DNA of 64,000 bases from Zootoca vivipara (taxonomy: Eukaryota), in the NCBI RefSeq assembly GCF_963506605.1, contig NC_083283.1, positions 83,452,001-83,516,000 on the forward strand, in the 5' to 3' direction. Positions 21,463 to 33,952 of the stretch are shown piece by piece. Made by a program: the position numbers and the translations under genes. The notes beneath the pieces were generated by a model, which saw only the letters and a list, made by a program, of their open reading frames with translations, did not search any database and was not told where the DNA came from. The first letter of the stretch is position 1. Every line of letters starts with the position of its first letter.

Positions 21463-21696
21463 TTCATTTCCTGATTTCTCCTCCTCCTTCACTTCAGTTT
21501 TCAAGACTCCCAGTACACTTAAGTGAGATAATAGAAATATTGTTCTTTTGAGCTGATCCTTGGGAAACTGAGAGCTTTCCTTTCTTAAGCAGCTTTTAAA
21601 ATAAAAGCTTTTTCTTTCTGCTTCACTGATGTGTTAAGAGAGAGAGAGACTGCTCCAAGAGCCTCACAAATGCTGAGCCATGGCTGCTCCCATGTT

Positions 21697-21723
21697 GTCC
21701 AACAGTGACACTCTGAGTCCACA
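21697..21723 (-). promoter_or_regulatory. CSE for exon 3 (CACT variant)
   Basis: TGTGGACTCAGAGTGTCACTGTTGGAC about 240 bp upstream of the ATG. Confidence 0.75.
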
Positions 21724-22038
21724 TGGGGAACTGTATTTGCTGATATTCATGCTTATAATTCTATATTGCTATTTCCCCCTGATCTATATGGAGAACTGAG
21801 AATGACTAAAAATTCTTTCACTGGTTGTCCAAATGTACTTTAGTATTGTTTGATTAGTAGTTCCATAAGCTTAATTCAGATTTGCTTTTCTTTGCATAGA
21901 AACTGTTGTTTTAATATTTTTATTGTTTTTGCTGGTAGATGATAATGACACTTTGGGATGTCTTTGATGTTGCATAAACACAAGCAATTGTCAGCAGAAG
22001 AAAACCATGCAATAATTCAGAAAGCCTATATCTCTGCC

Positions 22039-22253
22039 TAGGGGTGCCATACATTTGGATTTCCCTGGACGTTACTGGGATTTCAAAGGCGGAATTGACA
22101 TCTGCGGGGGGGATTTCCAAAAGGTGGCGCTTTGTCCTTAATCTTCTGCAAGTCAATTGCAAAATCACGGTTTTCGGGGCGTTTTTATCTAGAAAAAGCT
22201 CAACAACTTTCAGGTTTTCCTAAAAACAATTGTGGGATGCCCTGGCAACCCTA
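22039..22253. mobile_element. hAT-type MITE (TAGGG termini)
   Basis: TAGGGGTGCCA...TGGCAACCCTA; TSD TCTCTGCC/TCCCTGCC. Confidence 0.75.
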
Positions 22254-23415
22254 TCCCTGCCAGAATTCAGGTGATTTGGCCTTTATTTAATTATGAACTT
22301 GTTTAGGAAATTTAAATTTTGTATTTTGTTCTGTCTTTAAGATTTTGGTGCATTGTGTGCTTTATTTCTGTTCTGTTGGCCATAATAAAATGCTGGAAAA
22401 GGAGTTTAAATTCACTTTAGCACAGGATAACGCTTTCATTCTTTAGTCTTATGCATATTCATTTGACATTTTTCTCATATGTTCGTAATCTTCCCTGTGG
22501 CGTCTGGCTGGCCATTGCTGCACTAGAGGAAGTTTTGGGTGATACATCTTTCCTTACGATTCTGTGTGATGATTCCCAATTCCTTAGGTGGTGAATTATT
22601 CAATATTCTCCCTTAGACTTTTTTTGGATGCTTTTCAATGGTATTTCCCATATGATCCTTTTGAATAATTGGTTTTTCATTTCTGTTTTCATAGTATTGG
22701 TACGTAATTCTATACAACCTTTGCTAGTAAGATTTTATTACAGTTTTTACATTGCAATCCTATACCAACTTACCTGGGTATAAACTCCATTGAAGTCAAT
22801 GAAACATATCTGAAGATAAAAGTTTTGTTAGATGTATTACGTTTTTGGATTGCTTTGGCACATGTGGAAGTTTACTGTAATTAATCAGGAATGTTTATGA
22901 CATGAAGAAAAAGCTTCTACACAAGTGCATTCAAAGTGTGCACTACTCTGCCAGAATTTCAGTTTGTCAGACTGTAAACTGAAATGCAATAATTAATTGT
23001 GGTAGTAGTAGTAGTAGTAACAATAGTAGTTTTGAACTGAGAACTTTCTTTTCTGTCATTATTGTATCAGTGCAGAGCCATTCCGCAGGTTTTGAGTGAT
23101 AAGAAACTTTATTTAGGGGATCTAAGATATATCCAGAACTGCTTGTATCCACTCTTGACTTAAATGCAATCATAGATTCGGAATGATTTCGTAACATTCT
23201 ATCAGTCTTATTGTTGGTATTAATTTGATAGGTTGAATGCTTATTGCCTGAAAACGTGGAGTTATCAGTGAATAGTAACACCATTGTTCAATATAGAAAA
23301 ATTAGCTAAATACATAGACTAAAACACAATGCATACACATAACAAAATGAATCTATATTTGACTAATGACCCAGTCCAGCAAGGTAGATTAGAGGATGGA
23401 TGTCTCCTTCTAGCA

Positions 23416-23536
23416 CAGGCATCTCCAAACTCGACCCTCTGGATGTTTTTGGGACTACAACTCCCATCATCCCTAGCTAGCAGGACCAGTGGTCAGGGAT
23501 GATGGGAATTGTAGTCCCAAAACATTTGGGGGCCTG
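23416..23536. mobile_element. Palindromic hAT MITE, right arm partly deleted
   Basis: CAGGC...GCCTG; perfect TSD TTCTAGCA; same internal sequence as the copies at 4287 and 60690. Confidence 0.85.
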
Positions 23537-24713
23537 TTCTAGCACATGGCTCCTGATATGGGATTGGGAACTGTAATGAAGACAGAATAGGGTAGCTATT
23601 TCAGCATGCAATTCCCACCAGCACTCAAAGTGCATATAGCAACACCCCCTTTCCTTCCAGGCTTAGAGGTACTTTATGCCTACTGTGATCAATTATTACT
23701 TGCACATAACTAGACACAAGCTACACCTTTTTAAGAATAGTGGTTGGCAAAGAGAACCAGAAGATCATGTTACCACAGGAAAATGTATTTATTTGTTCAA
23801 AATAGGTTCACCTCAGCTTTTAGTCCAGGGACTTCCAAAGCACATCACAACTTGAATGAAATCAACCAACCAACCAACAGGGAGGTGGAAGAAGTAATTG
23901 ACAGTGTAATTGAACATAGAGGTCTTCACAGCCTGTCAGTTAATGAGGAGGGCAATCAGACTTCCCAGGGGGGAGGCATTACAGAACAGAACAGGGGGCC
24001 AGAAGTAATCTGCCAGGGGCCGTATGCAGATGCTGGGCAAGACAAAAGCCAGTGGTGGACAGGGCTGAAGCCGAATGTGGGCACAGTCGGGGGAGGGGCC
24101 AAGACAAAAGGGCCACCCCTTCCCCCCCTCTTTCTGCTATCTTCTTTCCCCCTCTTTTCCCCTCCTTGCGACTCACCAAAGTGAGAATACCACCCACTGT
24201 GCCTTCTGGCATGTGTCTCAGCCAATCAGACCTTCAGTTGCCATGTTTCAAACAGTGAAAATCCAGACAGAAAAGTTGTTGGGCAAGATCGCAACTGCCA
24301 ACATGGGCTGCCATGCGTCCAGATTTTCCCTAACATTTTTCCGATTTCTGCCCAGATGATGCTGACAAATTCTGGATATGTCTAGGAAATTCTGGACATA
24401 TGGCAAACCGAAAGAACACAGAGCAAGGCCTATGATGAGAAATAAAAACAGTGGGCAGGCTGGTTTGTGTAGGTAGTTTGTTCAAACCACAGTAAAGCAG
24501 CCTTCAGGAATGCACCCTTAGCTTTAACTAAACACGCAAGGGAAGGGCCTCGGGAAGAGATGTGCAATCTACACCATGCTGTGGGTCTTCTTAGTCTCCC
24601 ATTCCTGGATGGTGATTGCCTGAGCCAGGAAACCTTTTGTACTCAGGAAAGTTTCCTATGCATTTTAGAATACTGAGAGATCAAATGGGAAGTATTGAAA
24701 TTTATGTGCTCAC

Positions 24714-27140
24714 CTGATGGATTGCTGCCTCCTCTGTAACTGTGTTAGAATCACCTATGAGTAACACAGAGCCTGGCTTATCAGGAACCTGTTGTGGTGT
24801 CAAAGTATTGGTACAGCTTCCGATTGGGAAAAGAATCTGACTTTTCCGAGAGCCTGAAGTCAGTGAAACCTCATGGCAATAAGACTGGAGAAATGCCCGG
24901 ACTCCATCAATCCCCACAAACTGGGAGATGGGAGCACCATCAAAATGCACACTTCCATTGTCACACAACTGAGAATTTTTCCACCTGTGAAGTCTGAGTG
25001 CCAATAACACAAGGAGGAAGGCGAGGAACAAGCAGGAGACAAAAGCCACTGCAGTCACCAAGTAGAAGGTGAGATCTGACTGTGGGTCTTCAGATACCGG
25101 GATGCTGCTCATATCAGTCAGCATGTCAGGGATGCTGTCAGCCAAGACCACAGTAACAGTGACTGAAGCCGACATTGGAGGCTGCCCATTGTCCTTGACT
25201 AAAACCACCAGGCTTTGCTTGAGGGCATCTTTCTCCAGAAAGAAGCGGGCCGTCCTGATCTCTCCCGTGTGGAGCCCCAGAGTGAAGAGCCCTGGCTCGG
25301 TGGCCTTGATCAGCTGGTAGGAGAGCCAGGCATTCTGGCCAGAGTCCGCATCCACGGCCACCACCTTAGTGACCAGGTAGCCTGGCTCAGAGGAGCGAGG
25401 GGCCAGCTCTATCCCCGTGGAGCCATCGGTGGGAGGGGAGGGGTACAGGATCTGGGGAGCATTGTCATTCTGATCCAGGATGAAGAGTGTCACTGAGACG
25501 TTGGAGCTGAGTGGTGGAGAACCTCCGTCCTGAGCCTTGACCAGGAACTTCATCTCCCTGATCTCTTCATAGTCAAAAGAACACAGAGCATAGATGACCC
25601 CTGTTTCAGAGTTAATGGAGAGGTAGGAGGAGAGAGGGGAGCCAGTCACTTGACTTTCTATGATGGAATAAGTTATTCTGGAGTTCTCTTCCCAGTCTGG
25701 ATCATTTGCATTTAGAGAAAAGATGGATGCTCCTCTCTGATTATTTTCCATGAAAAATGACTTGTAATCTGATCTTGCAAAGTGAGGTGGGTTATCATTT
25801 GTGTCTAAAATGCGCAGAGCTATGATGGTGGCTGTAGAAAGAGAAGGCATTCCATGATCAGTTACTGTGATGGTGATGTTGTAGTTTGCCACTTGTTCTC
25901 TGTCAAGGGGGCCATCTGTCACCAAAGTATAAAAGTTGTCTATGGATTGTTTTAGCTGAAACGGGAGGTTTCTGGGAATTGTGCATGTGACCTCACTATT
26001 GATTCCAGAATCTTGATCTTCTACATTTATAATAGCAATAACTGTTCCAGTTGATGAGTTCTCATGAATGGAGTTGGTCAGAAAGGTCACAGTTAATTCT
26101 GGCGCATTGTCATTCAGATCTGTGACTATGATCACAACCTTGGACCTGTCACTTAGACCACCGCCATCCATGGCTTGCACCTCAAATTCATAGTAGGATG
26201 ATGTCTCAAAGTCCAAGTTTCCCATGAGGGTTATTATGCCAGTTGTTGAATTTAAAAGAAACATTTGTGAGTCCTTTATTGTGGGTTTTTTGAAGGAGTA
26301 TTTCACCTCTCCATTGATTCCTTCATCCAGATCAGTGGCTCTGACTGCACAGACTATGGACCCTTTGGGAATGTTCTCCTCAATGCTGATTTCATACACT
26401 GGTTGGCTAAAAATTGGTGCATTGTCATTTACATCTAAAACAATGACTTGAATTTGAGCAGTGCCAGTCCTGACAGGATCACCCCCATCCATAGCCATAA
26501 GAATTAGATCATAAACTTGCTGTTCCTCTCTGTCCAAAGATTTTTCCAGCACCAGCTCAGCATGTTTGGGGCCATTTTCTCCTGTTTGAACATCCAGAGA
26601 AAAATGGATGCTTCCTGTGAGTTGGTAATTCTGAACAGAATTTATCCCCAGATCTGGATCAGTAGCATCAGGCAGAGGAAACCGAGACCCTATTATAGAT
26701 ATTTCATTAATTTTCACCTCCAGTTCTCCTGGAGGAAAGTGGGGAGCATTATCGTTTATATCAGTAACTTCCACTTCAACTCCATAAAGTTTTCTTTTAC
26801 TCTCAACAATAACCTGAAAATTTAATTTGCACTTCTCTGCCCATGCACAAATTTCTTCTCTGTCAATTCTCTCAGTGGTTTGTAAGTGACCACTGTTGTA
26901 GTTCAAAGTAAAATACTGAATCATACCTGTTCTGGTAAGAATCCGGAGCTCACGGTTAGAAAGATTATTTCCATCCATTCCTAGATCCTTTGCAATATTT
27001 CCCACAAAAGAGCCTTTCTGCATCTCCTCTGGAATGGAATAATGAAGTTGTGCAGAAACTGTCTTCAAAATGAACATCAATACGAGGCATTGCAACAAGA
27101 TTGTCTCTTTCCAGCTCCATTGCTTCTGATTTTCTCCCAT
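24714..27140 (-). CDS. PCDHGA: Protocadherin gammaA-like variable exon 4
   Basis: 812-aa ORF, cadherin motifs, gammaA tail; donor CAG|GTGAGC at 24714/24713, phase 0. Confidence 0.95.
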
Positions 27141-27338
27141 TTTCTTGCAACAGGATAAATGCCACTTATTCTGGCTCAGACGTTTTTGAGTATGAAATAA
27201 ATGCTGTTGTTTTTTATTTAAAGTTGCTGCTATTGCACTCCCTGCAATGTCTGTGCAAGTATGGTCATGCAGATATTTTCTGTTTATACATTACCGGTAG
27301 AGAATTTATGGAACTCCCAGTGTGTTCTATAGCCAAAT

Positions 27339-27366
27339 TGGTGAACAGCGACACCCAGAGGCTCAA
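27339..27366 (-). promoter_or_regulatory. CSE for exon 4
   Basis: TTGAGCCTCTGGGTGTCGCTGTTCACCA about 207 bp upstream of the ATG. Confidence 0.85.
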
Positions 27367-28328
27367 TTGAAAATTATAGATCATTTTAACATAATATTAC
27401 TTTGCCTAGACAATCTGAATCAGGGATGTGATGTACTGAAAGTTCCACATCCTGTTTAATAGACCCAAGCGATATGGCAATGCAATCTCATTATCTTCAT
27501 CTGGAGTACTTTAAAAAAGATGATACTTTTTTCCCTGTGCTTGTAATGGGTATTAATATGTGGGGTGTTAATTGCATTAGGAGGTTTGCATTCATTATCT
27601 ATTAATATAGTCATGTAAGTTGGGTTTATTACATGTTTTATAAAGCACCCCAGGCTTATCTGCACTTAGGGTAGCAAGGTGCTCACTCAGAGAGGCTGCT
27701 TTAAATGTTTCAACAGTGCATGTGCTTATTCATAAGAGAACTGCACTGTGTAGAGGACCGTGGCCTTATGTACTTAGCAGCCCCATTCTCTTTTAGTCCA
27801 CCTTCCTCTCACACCTGCTATGCTCTGGTGAGTGAATTTTAAAGTGGAAAGGAGGGCAGGTGAGACTATTGGAGCTGGGGTGTAGCTTTTTAGGAGTGAT
27901 GAGGGTTTGCTGCTGTTGTTGCTGTTGGTTTTTTGTATCTTTATTTTAGATCTTGTGATTTATGTAGAAACTGTTCAGTTTGGTTGTGTTTCATGGTTTT
28001 TTTAATCAGTTCCATGTGTTATTTATTGTTTATGACTACTTTTGTTATGTTGTAGTTATGTATTTTTTTATGTTGTAAGCCACCTTGAACATGGTTTGAA
28101 CTGTGGAAAGGAGGCATACAAATAAAATAATGTATGTATGTGTGTGTTGGTAGAGGAAGACATCAGAAAGCACAGCAGTTTCAGTCTCCCTCAGTATCTC
28201 AAGAGCAATTAAGAGGTTTGAGCAATTCATGGTAAATTATTTAAATATAAAGCCCTGAATAACTCCGGGCCTTGTTTTCTGAAAGAACTCCTGTCCCTAT
28301 ATACATCTGGTGGATCAATAAGCAAAAT

Positions 28329-29430
28329 TGTCAAGGAGTTCAAGCAACCCCTTCTATGAAGAAAACTTGCAGCTCTTGGGAATTTTTAGTTTAGAGAATA
28401 GGTGGGTAATAGGTGACATGATAGAAGTTTATATAATTACTAGCTGGCCCGGCCACGCATTGCTGTGGCTCATCCGTGTGATTCCCCCCACCCTGTGCCA
28501 ATCCATGACGTATCCTGCCCCCTCCTCCCCTCACCCCCAGCGTATCCCTGTGATTCCTCCCACCCTGTCCCGACCCATGACGTATGACGCCCCCTCCTCC
28601 CCCAACCCCCGGCTCATCCCTGTGACTGGTCCCACCATGTCCTGACCTATCCCATCCCCTCCCCTCCTCCCCCCAACCCCCAGCCAGGAGAGTCAGTACC
28701 TCCATTTGGCCTAGTCTGTAAAGGCTTCAGCCTAGTATGTAAATGGGAGCTGAGGTGCTGTTGAGAGGGAAGGTTTTATAGGTACAGTACCAGTGTAGCC
28801 GCCACTAGAGTGCGCTGGTTTGCAACCTGGTTCTGTTCCCAGCATGCACTTTCGTCTGAGTGGTGTGTTTTGAAACACAGGGTTTTGGGTTTTTTACCTG
28901 GCACAGATGTGACATCTGTCTTTGAAAATGGTACAGGGTCACTCTCATATTCGAATGCGGCATTGTGTCAAAATTTGAACGCAATCGGCCAAGCGGTTTT
29001 GGTGAAAAGTGGATACTAACGGACATGGCCAATTTACATTTTTATATATAGAGATGCAAAACACTAGAGCACAGGGACATCCAGTGAAGCTGAATGTTGG
29101 AAGATTCAGAACAGATAAAAGGAACTAAGTCTTCAAGCAGCGCATAGTTAAATGAAAGAACTCAAGCCCACAGGAGGCAGTGATGACCACTGATGACTTT
29201 AAAAGAGGATTAGAAGAATTCATGGAGGAAAGGGCTATTGGAGGCTATTACCCATAATGGTTATGCTCTGCCTCTACAGTTGGAGGCAGTAATGCTTTTG
29301 AATACCAATTGCTGGAAACCACAGGATGGGATGGTGCTTTTGAGCTCAGGTCCTATTTGTAGGTTTCCCACAAGTATCTGGTTGACCACTGAACTGCATG
29401 GCTATTGGCCCAGTCCAGCAGGTTCTTCTT
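28329..29430 (+). mobile_element. Degenerate CR1 LINE 3' fragment interrupted by a Helitron
   Basis: YEENLQLLGIFSLENR..GDMIEVY resembles the CR1 ORF2 C-terminus; resumes after about 29060. Confidence 0.65.
28440..29054 (-). mobile_element. Non-autonomous Helitron
   Basis: On the minus strand: 5' TC, 3' CTAG preceded by hairpin GCCACAGCAATGCGTGGC, inserted between A and T, no TSD; internal 72-bp x3 tandem repeat. Confidence 0.75.
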
Positions 29431-29846
29431 ATGAAATCATACTATGTTCTTATAAAGTCGCAGTATTTTGCTGCTGATTCAGGGCTTGGAAAGGGTGTCG
29501 TGGATCACAATGGAACATACACTGAGTCAAGAGTTTATGTGATGGTTATCTTTTCAGTTAACAATTCCTAGATGACTTACCTAATCTTTTCTTGTTCTCT
29601 AACCATTGGATCTGGAAAGAACGGTTCTCAAAATTTGCCCTTCCGATATCACATGATGTTTTAAATCCACCATCCATTATTTAATAATGAAGATAGAATA
29701 AAAATATTTGGACAACGGGAACAGGTGTGGATTTTTTTGGCTCAAAGATTTTTATACAGTACAACCCCTGAGTTACAGCAAAAAACTGACTGTGGTGCCA
29801 AGTAATTGGTTCACAATACAAATGATCCAAATACATGCATTACCTA

Positions 29847-30183
29847 CAGTGGAACCTCAGTTTATGAACACCTCGGTTTATGAATTTTCAGTTTATGAAC
29901 GCCGCGGACCCATCTGGAACGGATTAATTCACTTTCCATTACTTTCAATGGGAAAGTTCGCTTCAGTTTATGAACACTTCAGTTTATGAACAGACTTCCA
30001 GAACCAATTACACCCATGTTTCAGGTTAAGTACGCTTCAGGTTGAGTACTCCGCGGACCCGTCTGGAACGGATTAATCCACTTTCCATTACTTTCAATGG
30101 AAAAGTTTGCTTCAGTTTATGAACGCTTCAGTTTATGAACAGACTTCCAGAACCAATTGTGTTCATAAACCGAGGTACCACTG
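29847..30183. mobile_element. Tc1/mariner (pogo/Tigger-like) MITE
   Basis: TA|CAGTGGAACCTC...GAGGTACCACTG|TA; internal duplication of about 150 bp. Confidence 0.85.
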
Positions 30184-30530
30184 TACGTTGACTCCCACAC
30201 TATGTCCACTTATAATCCATTAGGTAAAATACTTCTTTCACAAATCTACAGAGTATTAAACTCTCAAATGCTGCTACCATTCACAACTCTAAAGGCATGA
30301 TGGGGAGGAAATCAGGCGACCCATTAGATGATACTTTATGGGAAGAAGTGATGGGCAACTATCAGCTCTTCAAGGCAGCAGGAGGAAGCGAACACTGAAC
30401 TCAGACGTGACACTCATTCCTACCGGTACCTGAATGGCATATTTCAATATTTGAGATTTGGTTGAAATTGAGGATGGCAATTTCTAAAAGGAGAAAGTGT
30501 CATTCTACACCCACTTTCACCTCTCTGGTG

Positions 30531-31435
30531 CAGAAGCGTAGATAGGGGGGTGGGGGGCAGTCCGTCCCAGGTTCTATCATGGAGGGGGGTGACAAATCAT
30601 CAAGGAACAATTACTGCCCTATTAGGGCAGTTCATAAAAAACTATTTTTTTTGAAAAAAAAAGCTTGCTCCAAAGGTCTTATCTTACTACACTAGGAATT
30701 ATATAGCTATACAGTGGGACCTCGACTTACGAGCTCCTCGACATCCGACATTTTCGACTTACGAGCGTAAAAAGTGGTCGCGCGCTTACGATTTTTCCGA
30801 CATCCGAATGGAAAACCCATTTGCGGCTAGATGTGGTTTCCTTGACTTACGAGTTTTTAGATGCGGTTTCCTTCGACTTACGAATTCTTCCGTTTCCAAT
30901 GCATTCCTATGGGAAACTCGACTTACGAAGTTTTCGACCTACGAGTCTGCATTCGGAACGGATTAAATTCATAAGTCGAGGCCCCACTGTATATGAAATT
31001 TCATGCATATCAATTAATATATTGACCCTCCTCCACGAAAATAGCTGTTTACTTGGCTGTTTTGCTATGTTGTGAAGGCTGAAATTTCAATTCAGTGGAG
31101 TACTTACTGTTCCCAACCCTAACCCTGTGGAAAGCCATCTAATTAGACTTTAATTTGATTTTGACACATGTTTTTAGGAGATAATTTAATTATTGTTTGA
31201 TTTTATACCAATGTTATGTATCTGATGTTAGCCGCCCTGAGCCCGACTTCGGCCGGGGAGGGCAGGATATAAATAAAAGTTTATTATTATTATTACTTAT
31301 TTTATTATTATTCCTTTGTAAGAAAATATGAAATAATGTAAAACCATTTTTGCAGGTAAAAAATAATAATCAATGTGGGGGGCAGTGACAAGAAATTTTT
31401 CGCACCGGGTACCACCTGACCTTCCTACGCCTCTG
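30531..31435. mobile_element. hAT non-autonomous element with nested insertions
   Basis: CAGAAGCGTAG...CTACGCCTCTG; TSD CTCTGGTG/CTCGGGTG. Confidence 0.7.
30712..30989. mobile_element. Tc1/mariner (pogo/Tigger-like) MITE
   Basis: TA|CAGTGGGACCTCGACTTA...TAAGTCGAGGCCCCACTG|TA. Confidence 0.85.
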
Positions 31436-31784
31436 CTCGGGTGGCCGTCCTTGGCTTGGTGCCACATAGCAATTCATGTTCTTCTGCTCATGTCACTTCA
31501 CAGCACCCACCACCCAATGGTGTTCTGAGGAAGGGCTGGTTGTGTTGTCACATCCTGCAAGTGCAGCACCACATGGTACAATTACTGTAAGTAGGTAGAG
31601 AGATAACTTTTAATCTTGTTGGGAATCATCACCATCAGGAGCAGGAGTAGAAGTAGTTCATTGTGTATTCGGGTTTTAATAAAGGGAAGGTTAGCTTTGG
31701 CTATTGTTTTTTCATTCCTGCCATTTGTTTATTCAAAAATCTCCAAGCTGATTTTCTCCCCCTATCTTTCCATGAATGAGAATA

Positions 31785-32027
31785 CAGTGGTACCCCGCAG
31801 GACGAATGCCTCATGCAATGAAAAACTCGCAAGACGAAAGCATTTTGCGTTGCGCGATGCGTCTCACAAGACAAAGTTTCCTATAGCTGCGCTTCGCAAG
31901 ACGAATAGGAACACATTAATTAAATGGGTAAACCGGGTAAATGGTAAACCACACTTCACAAGACAAAATTTTCACTATATGAAGCGACTCGCAGAACGAA
32001 TTAATTTCATCTTGCAAGGTACCACTG
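31785..32027. mobile_element. Tc1/mariner (pogo/Tigger-like) MITE
   Basis: TA|CAGTGGTACC...GGTACCACTG|TA. Confidence 0.8.
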
Positions 32028-33952
32028 TACAACCAGGGAGGCTTGTTTTCAGCAAACAGCAGGAAGAGAAAGAGGCAGTAGTCCTTTGTACTTCCACTTA
32101 CAACCTCCAAGTCTGCTTTTTGAGTTAAGAGAAAAAGCTCACCTAAAGATTGTTGTTGTGTATTATCTCCTGTACAATAACTAGGCTGACTCTTTCTGAA
32201 GTCTTCTTTTCCCAAAATACTATAGTGTTTTATCAAATAGGGTATTTTGCAGCCAAGATTATGGTGTCCTTTGGTATTAGTTGATATTACATATTTCTTA
32301 GTATTTGGGGGGGGGTTTCTCTGTACCAATATTCATAGAATCATAGAGTTGGAAGGAACCTCGGCCCTTAGATTAAGAGTCTCATGCTCTACTGACTAAG
32401 ATATATTGACAATCATTGTCATTGAAAATGTTATGTTTTACACTTATTTCTCCGTGTTTAGCCTATTAGTCAAAGCTAGAAGTTGTGATGCATGCTATCT
32501 ATAATATTTTAGTATTCTTGATACTGCTTGCCCACCTTTGGCCTGAATCTGTTCCATTGTATTAATTTTAATTCCTCCTGCTCCTCCCCACCCTAAAATT
32601 AATTAAATTTGTATATTATTTAAGTATTGAATTAGAACTGTTAGGGGAGAAGGGAAAGAGAAACCTGGTTACACATTCCTTTAATAATGCAACTTTACCA
32701 AATCAACATGGAGTTAATTAGGTCCAGGTTTCTGAATTCTTCTTAATTTTTTGTGTGTGTGTAAGGGTTGGTAACTGTCTTTACTAACTCACTGAAATTA
32801 GAAGAAACATTTTAATATATATATAATAGTATCCATGCTCCATATTCCCAAATCTAGTAACAAATGTCCCAGGATTTAGCCTTAGTGTTAGGCACAGAAT
32901 ATTGATAGGATTAAAGATAAATGCACCCCCGCCTCCCTCGCTCTCTTAGATACAGGAGGATGGCTAGGGCAGCTCAGAAGGGCCCTCACGCAAACACACA
33001 CTCATGCAAAGGTAGAAGGCTGGCAGGAAAGCTTAAAGCCCACTACCGCTACACAGCAGACGGATTGAAGAAAAGGAAGTATGAATTAGTCCTGTACCGT
33101 AGTTTGACCAATCATGACTAAGAGTGGCTAGGAGCTGGGTGGAGTCACAGATCTTTAAAAAGTGTAGACTCGCACATACCGGGCAGTTTCCGTTTTGACT
33201 TGAAATGTTAGTTTTGGACTTCTCAGAAATATGTAAAGGTATAAAGTGGGTGGGTGGGTGGGTGTGCCAGCCTACAATGGCGCCCACCTGAGAGGTGCCA
33301 GAACTGCACTCCAGCGTGCTCCAGCTGGAAAAAAGCTCTGGGTGTCATTAACAATTAAGTATAAACAACACATTTTATGTTCCCCGTTACAACAATTTTT
33401 GGATATAGAGCTATTGCTGATTTGTTTTACTAATGTTATTTCATATATATGTGTGTTCTTTCTCATATATAGATAGATAGATATAATACAAACTTCTGCA
33501 AATAAAAAACAAAAACAAGATAAATATAGCATTTACGTTGACCAGCACCATGGTGCCAAAGAACTGAAGCCTGAATGTAGCTCCTGTATTTGATGAAAAA
33601 GAGAGCATCAATTTATAATCCCACATAAAATTGTTGAGAAAAAGAGGGCATTGCATCTACAGGCTTTCAGAAGGTCAACAATAGAATGTTTTCAAATGGC
33701 AAAGTTCATTGTGCACATGGTAGAGACGCACTACAAAATATGCAAGATAACTTCACCTGCCATCAGCACTACAAGACATACCACCAAGACATACAGTAAG
33801 AAAGACAACCTATCTGTTCTAGAGATCGTGTTACTCACCGTTAAACAATGGCACTAGCAGCCTTCAGGAAATCACTTTTACTCAGGAAAGTTTCCTATGC
33901 ATTTTAGAATACTGGGAGATCAAATGGGAAGTACTGGAATTTATGTGCTCAC

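Noticed and set aside
29847-30989. Short regularly recurring motifs (AGTTTATGAAC, CGACTTACGA) that might suggest a CRISPR-like array
   Set aside because: They are internal subterminal repeats of Tc/mariner MITEs in a eukaryotic genome, with no unique spacers of constant length and no cas genes.
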